A stretch of 64,000 bases of DNA from Nemertoderma westbladi. Its lineage: Eukaryota; Animalia; Xenacoelomorpha. Position 1 is the stretch's first letter. Each line of letters opens with the position of its first letter. The translations under genes and the position numbers were made by a program. The notes under the pieces were generated by a model. The model was not told the DNA's origin and did no database searches. It was given only the letters and a program-made list of their open reading frames with translations. The stretch lies in NCBI GenBank assembly GCA_032718475.1, contig JAUCBJ010004237.1, positions 608 through 64,607 on the forward strand, read 5' to 3'. Positions 59,560 through 64,000 of the stretch are shown here, in pieces.

Positions 59560-61010
59560 TTTAGTAGACTATTTATTAGCCTTCGATTAGTATTTTACGA
59601 AACATATTTGAAGGATAATTCGAAGACAAAAATGCTTCGTTTAGTAGACTATTTGCCTGTGATTAGAAGTTTATGAAGCATTTTTCGAAGGATGATTTCG
59701 AAGATAAAAATGCTTCGTTTAGTAGACTATTAGCCTTCAATTAGAAGTTTATGAAGCATTTTCGAAGGATAATTTCATACATTATTTGAAGCATTTTCGA
59801 TGCATAAAAAAGACTTTTTTCGAAGAAAAAAAATGCTACTGCTACAAACAAGTCCAAATCACTGGACCTGCCTGTGGATGCTTTCGTGGAGAGGGATAGG
59901 GGGGGGGGGGGGGGGGGGGTATTGGCCTACCTACCTTATCCTACCCTACACCATAAAAAATTAAATAAAAGATTTAAAAATAATTATTAATTAAGAATAT
60001 ATTTTATACAGTATAGAGCAGTAGAGTAAATAGTTTCTGTATCATTATAGTATAAAAGGATATATTTTTTAAAACTTTCAGTTTCGGATATAGTACACCT
60101 TTAATACAGAAAAAATATGTGCTTTGTTTGTCCCCAGGATTTCCCTGAAAGACATAGTCAGATAGTCTCGTTTTTACAGGTGTCTGACATTCTGACAGTG
60201 ACATAGGGCAGTATGGACCTCGCCTTTACCTCTAGCTCTGCCATACACTCAGACCTGCAGATTCTGGAAACATGGATTACCGCACCTTTAAGGACAGACA
60301 CAGCATCACGCAGTAATTAATGGATTTATTTCATAAAACAATATGAATGGCACTGGACATAATATAGATCAATTTTCTTTGCACCAGATGATATTATTAT
60401 ATAATCGACAATTCGAAAAAACTGATAACTTTGTACTAATTCACTGCTAAATATGGTCCCCAGATAAACAAATATTCGGATTATTAGTAGGCATAACTAT
60501 ATAATTATTATTTTACTCTCAGTATTTGCCGGATAAAACATAACATACAGTAACTATGCATAACTAAACAAAACTAAGCTAAATGATCCAACCTTTGAAA
60601 AGTCTACAAATTTATCCTTCGTTTAGAAGGTAATTTATCCTTCGAATAGAAGGTAATTTATCCTTCGAATAGTAGCATAAATTATCATTCTAAACGAAGG
60701 ATAAAAACTATAAATTCATCCACCCTTCGAAAAGTCTACAAATTTAGCCTTCGTATAGAAGGATAATTTATCCTTTGAATAGCAGCATAAATTATCCCTC
60801 TAAACGAAGAATAAAAATTATCAATTCTTCCACCCTTCGAAAAGTCTACAAATTTATCCTTGGTTTAGAAGGATAATTTATCCGGCGAATAGTAGGCATA
60901 TTTACCCTTCTATTTGCCGGCTAAAAACTAGCTAAATCTTCAGAATCTTCGAATAGTCTTCAAATGTATCCTTCATTTAGAAGGATAATTTATCCTACGA
61001 ATTGTAGACT
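59560..61010. repeat. Two clusters of about 20-bp motif repeats (TTATCCTTCGAATAGAAGG / AGTCTAC), resembling transposon subterminal repeats
   Basis: Clusters at about 59560-59830 and 60590-61010, mixed orientation. Confidence 0.7.
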
Positions 61011-62249
61011 GAATTTTAAACTGTGTGTGATATTTTCCCCTTAATGGAAAACTGTATAACTGCAGAGTAGTGGTTAGCGTCCTCGCAAACAGAACCTATA
61101 GTGCAGTAGGTCACTGCAGCATCTATCATATTAAAATGGAAGGTTTTAATTTCAGACATTTCACACAATTGCATAATTCTGCACTGGTTAGCGTCCTCCC
61201 CAAACACGAAAACTATGGTGTAGTAGTACTCTGCCAAGTGCCAAGTATCAGCAAAAAAGCATTCATAAACAACAAAATTGTAGGTTTCCTCAGACATTTC
61301 ATCCCCAAATAGCGGCAGACTGTAGATTGGTCATTGTCTCCCCAAATACACAACCTACGGTGTAGTATACTCTGCTTGGTATCAGGAAAAAAAAACATAA
61401 ACATATTGTGTAAAGGACCTAAGTATCAGCTAAAAATCATTATTAATAACTAAATAGGATAAGATTTTCACTTTAAGACATTTCGCCTCCTAGTGGCAGA
61501 CTGAAGAACCGGAAACTGGTCGGCGTCCTCCCAACAAGCAACACACCTATGGTCAGGTAGAATTTCTTCTTCAAATTGTCAGTTAGAACAGAGTGGTTAC
61601 GATGATGCAACTGCTGTTATAATTTCCTGCTTGCTGACCAGTAATTTGGTCGATAACAAAACAAATACAGAATAACGCCATTTTACCTCAAATACGCATT
61701 CATGCAAATCAAGTAAATGTGTAAAAAACCAGCCTCGAGATAGCCTTTATGTTCACGGGCTCAGGATGGTCTGCATCATATAGATGCAGTGATGCACGAA
61801 CATGATAGTGTCAAGATCCAACTTGTAGGATGACGGACTGACGACCTGCTAGGCCTACCTCGCTAGCACCCATCCATCCGGTACACTGCAAAAATGAATA
61901 ATTGAATCATTTTGTGTTTATGATTATAAACATGTGAACTGAAAAAGCTAATCTAAGATTTACTGCTTGTTCTTACCAATATTAGTCAAGAACCAATCAA
62001 GGTAGTTCCACTCTTCTGCTCTCCTGCTGGGTCCTATTTATTGAGATTACTACTTAACCAACCCAGCCTGCCTGCAGGCCACCCCAAGATATGATTGGTC
62101 TGCCAGTAGCTAGCTACCTTGCTAACACTTTACTCTCAGCTTTGCCAGGCCTGTGTACTGCCAAAAGGAATATTCGAAACACTTAGTGATATTGACACAC
62201 AACATATTGCGGCAACCACAAAATAAGCATTCACACAAGAAAACGTGTA

Positions 62250-62395
62250 AAATTAGTCTCCAGGATAGCGATAGTTTACGTGCTCGGAACAAGAGCTTCC
62301 CATCGATGTATCATTTGTTCAGATTGGTGCTCGTGTGTCGGAGCGTATAGCTTGGACAGACTCACAGACAGACAATGCATATTTATATATATAGA
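62250..62395 (-). mobile_element. Non-autonomous Helitron 5' end
   Basis: Minus strand A|TCTATATATATAAA followed by (GTCT)n-like repeats. The 3' CTAG end was not located. Confidence 0.5.
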
Positions 62396-62499
62396 TTATT
62401 ATAGGTCTATAAGGTCAGAAGGTAGCAAACTAACACACTTTTATTTTTCTGTTGTTCAACATAACGCACATAAACAGCATAATGCCTCGAAAATATGTT

Positions 62500-63722
62500 T
62501 GGAAGCCAGGTTCGCAACCATACTTGACAGGGTAGGCTCAAAGCACCATGGAAAAGGCCTTAAATGCAGTAATTGACCATGGCAATTCCATCAACAAAGC
62601 TTTGAAGGAAAACGGTGTTCCTTATGGAACATTGTACAGAAGAGTCAATTTGGGTCCTACATTAAAAAACCATGGTGGACAAACATTTCTAACCATGGAA
62701 GAAGATAAGAAAATTGTTAATGTCATTTACACTGTTACAGAGTGGAAATGCTCACTTAAGGGTATAGATATCATTCTTCTCATTAAAGAATATATCGATT
62801 CTACTACACCTGGGGCTGGAGGTTCTAGGTTTAAAGACAATCGACCGGGTCGAGATTGGTTAGAAAACTTTAAAACTCGGCATTTAACATCCAGGATGGC
62901 TCAAAATGTCAAACTGGAAGGTGTCCCTGAGACACACATCTTCAATTATGATAATAATAATAATCATTTATAGAGCGCCTTTCTGGGCATTATTTCAAGG
63001 CGCATAAGACCAATGTAATGGACGATCCAGGGTCGAGGAGTGCCATATGTTCTCGGGGGCTGAGGTGTGTTGAACAAAAATCTGCCCACACGAAATCATC
63101 AACAAGCATCATGTTTTGTGGTTCAGCTTCAGGGAAATATCAGCCTTCTATGGTGGTATACAAGGCTGAAAATCCAAACCAGCTTTGGGGTCATGTATCA
63201 GAGACCAACATGAAATCTGGTTTCAGGGCCTGTGGGCTGTACCCATTTAGTCCAACAGAAGTAATTAAGAAATTACCTAGGGACGAGCCTGGTGCTGATG
63301 AGCAACGTTCAGTGTTGAATTCTGCCACAATTAGTGTTTTAAGAACTTCTCTCTATGGTTCAAATACACCAGTCCATGTCAAGTATAAAAGAGGGAAGAA
63401 GATCATACCTGGAAAACGTGTCATATTAAGTGATAACCGATAGCCTGTGTCTGCAGTTACACAAAACGAACAGCACAATCATCCTGCATCTGCTTCAGCT
63501 CCAGCAGCTCCAGTCTCGTGGTCACCTAAAAGGAAGAGGAATAGGATTATTGAAGAAGAATCAGAGGAGGAAGAGGAAGTATCAGAAATATCAGAAGTTG
63601 GTTGTAGCAACTGTGATGAAGCTACAGAGAGCGATTCTGTCATCGACCCACTAAATTGTTGCCAAATATGCAAATCCTGGAACCCCCCTCGACCAAAGGA
63701 GAATAATGCCTATCTTTTGTAG
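62500..63722 (+). pseudogene. pogo/Tigger-like transposase (HTH_psq, CENP-B HTH, partial DDE, acidic tail, start of PHD), internally deleted
   Basis: MEKALNAV...GVPYGTL; GGQTFL; FKDNRPGRDWLENFKTRH; IFNYD.TN; SIMFCGSASG...VVYK; NMKSGFRACGLYP; CQICKSW. Confidence 0.85.
62951..63004 (-). mobile_element. L2-like LINE 3' tail inserted in the pogo NYDxTN motif
   Basis: Minus strand GCGCC...GGCGCTCTATAAATG(ATT)n, with ATAA duplicated at the borders. Confidence 0.6.
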
Positions 63723-64000
63723 TTACTTTACTTTGCACGTTTTATTTCAGCATTAATATTTTACTTATGCTACATACCTACGGTACCAAATTTATGTTCC
63801 GTATAACTCCATATTTTTGTGTTGTATCCTATAGAATATTGTAAACTTGTCCCTTATTAATACGTTTGCCTTTCGTACTGTATGTTGTTGAGTATGCTTT
63901 GCCGGGTTTTAATTTTGAATTTATTTGATGTTGGTCAGCCTAGTAATTACGCACAAATACAAGTAGGTCAAAGGAGACTTCAATACCACAAATTCATAAA

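Noticed and set aside
1-64000. tRNA, rRNA or prokaryotic operons
   Set aside because: None recognisable; all identifiable coding remnants belong to eukaryotic mobile elements or viruses.

Overview
AT-rich eukaryotic (invertebrate-like metazoan) DNA with no recognisable intact host gene. It is a nested pile of mobile elements and virus relics. The main elements are: (1) a young full-length BEL/Pao LTR retrotransposon (2674-15099, 545-bp LTRs, TCAAC TSD) inserted in the DUF4806 gene of an EnSpm/CACTA-type transposon, plus a truncated sister copy at 1-1990; (2) Penelope-like fragments of several families carrying minimal hammerhead ribozymes; (3) a piggyBac-type foldback MITE; (4) three copies of an RTE-like LINE; (5) a decayed Polinton/adintovirus-type protein-primed DNA polymerase followed by a TBP-fold gene; (6) a second BEL fragment and a solo LTR; (7) a hATm transposon (8-bp TSD) that splits an endogenous partiti-like virus capsid gene; (8) remnants of P, Sola, pogo/Tigger, Helitron and possibly Crypton elements. 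The strongest candidate for an undescribed system is the BEL element. In its env position it carries a WRN/Mut-7/EXD-like DEDDy 3'-5' exonuclease linked to three CCHC knuckles, behind a 16-unit hairpin/GUUAG array. It has no tRNA primer-binding site, and its LTR folds onto the leader in Tf1-like self-priming geometry. All family assignments come from motif recognition by eye, not database searches.
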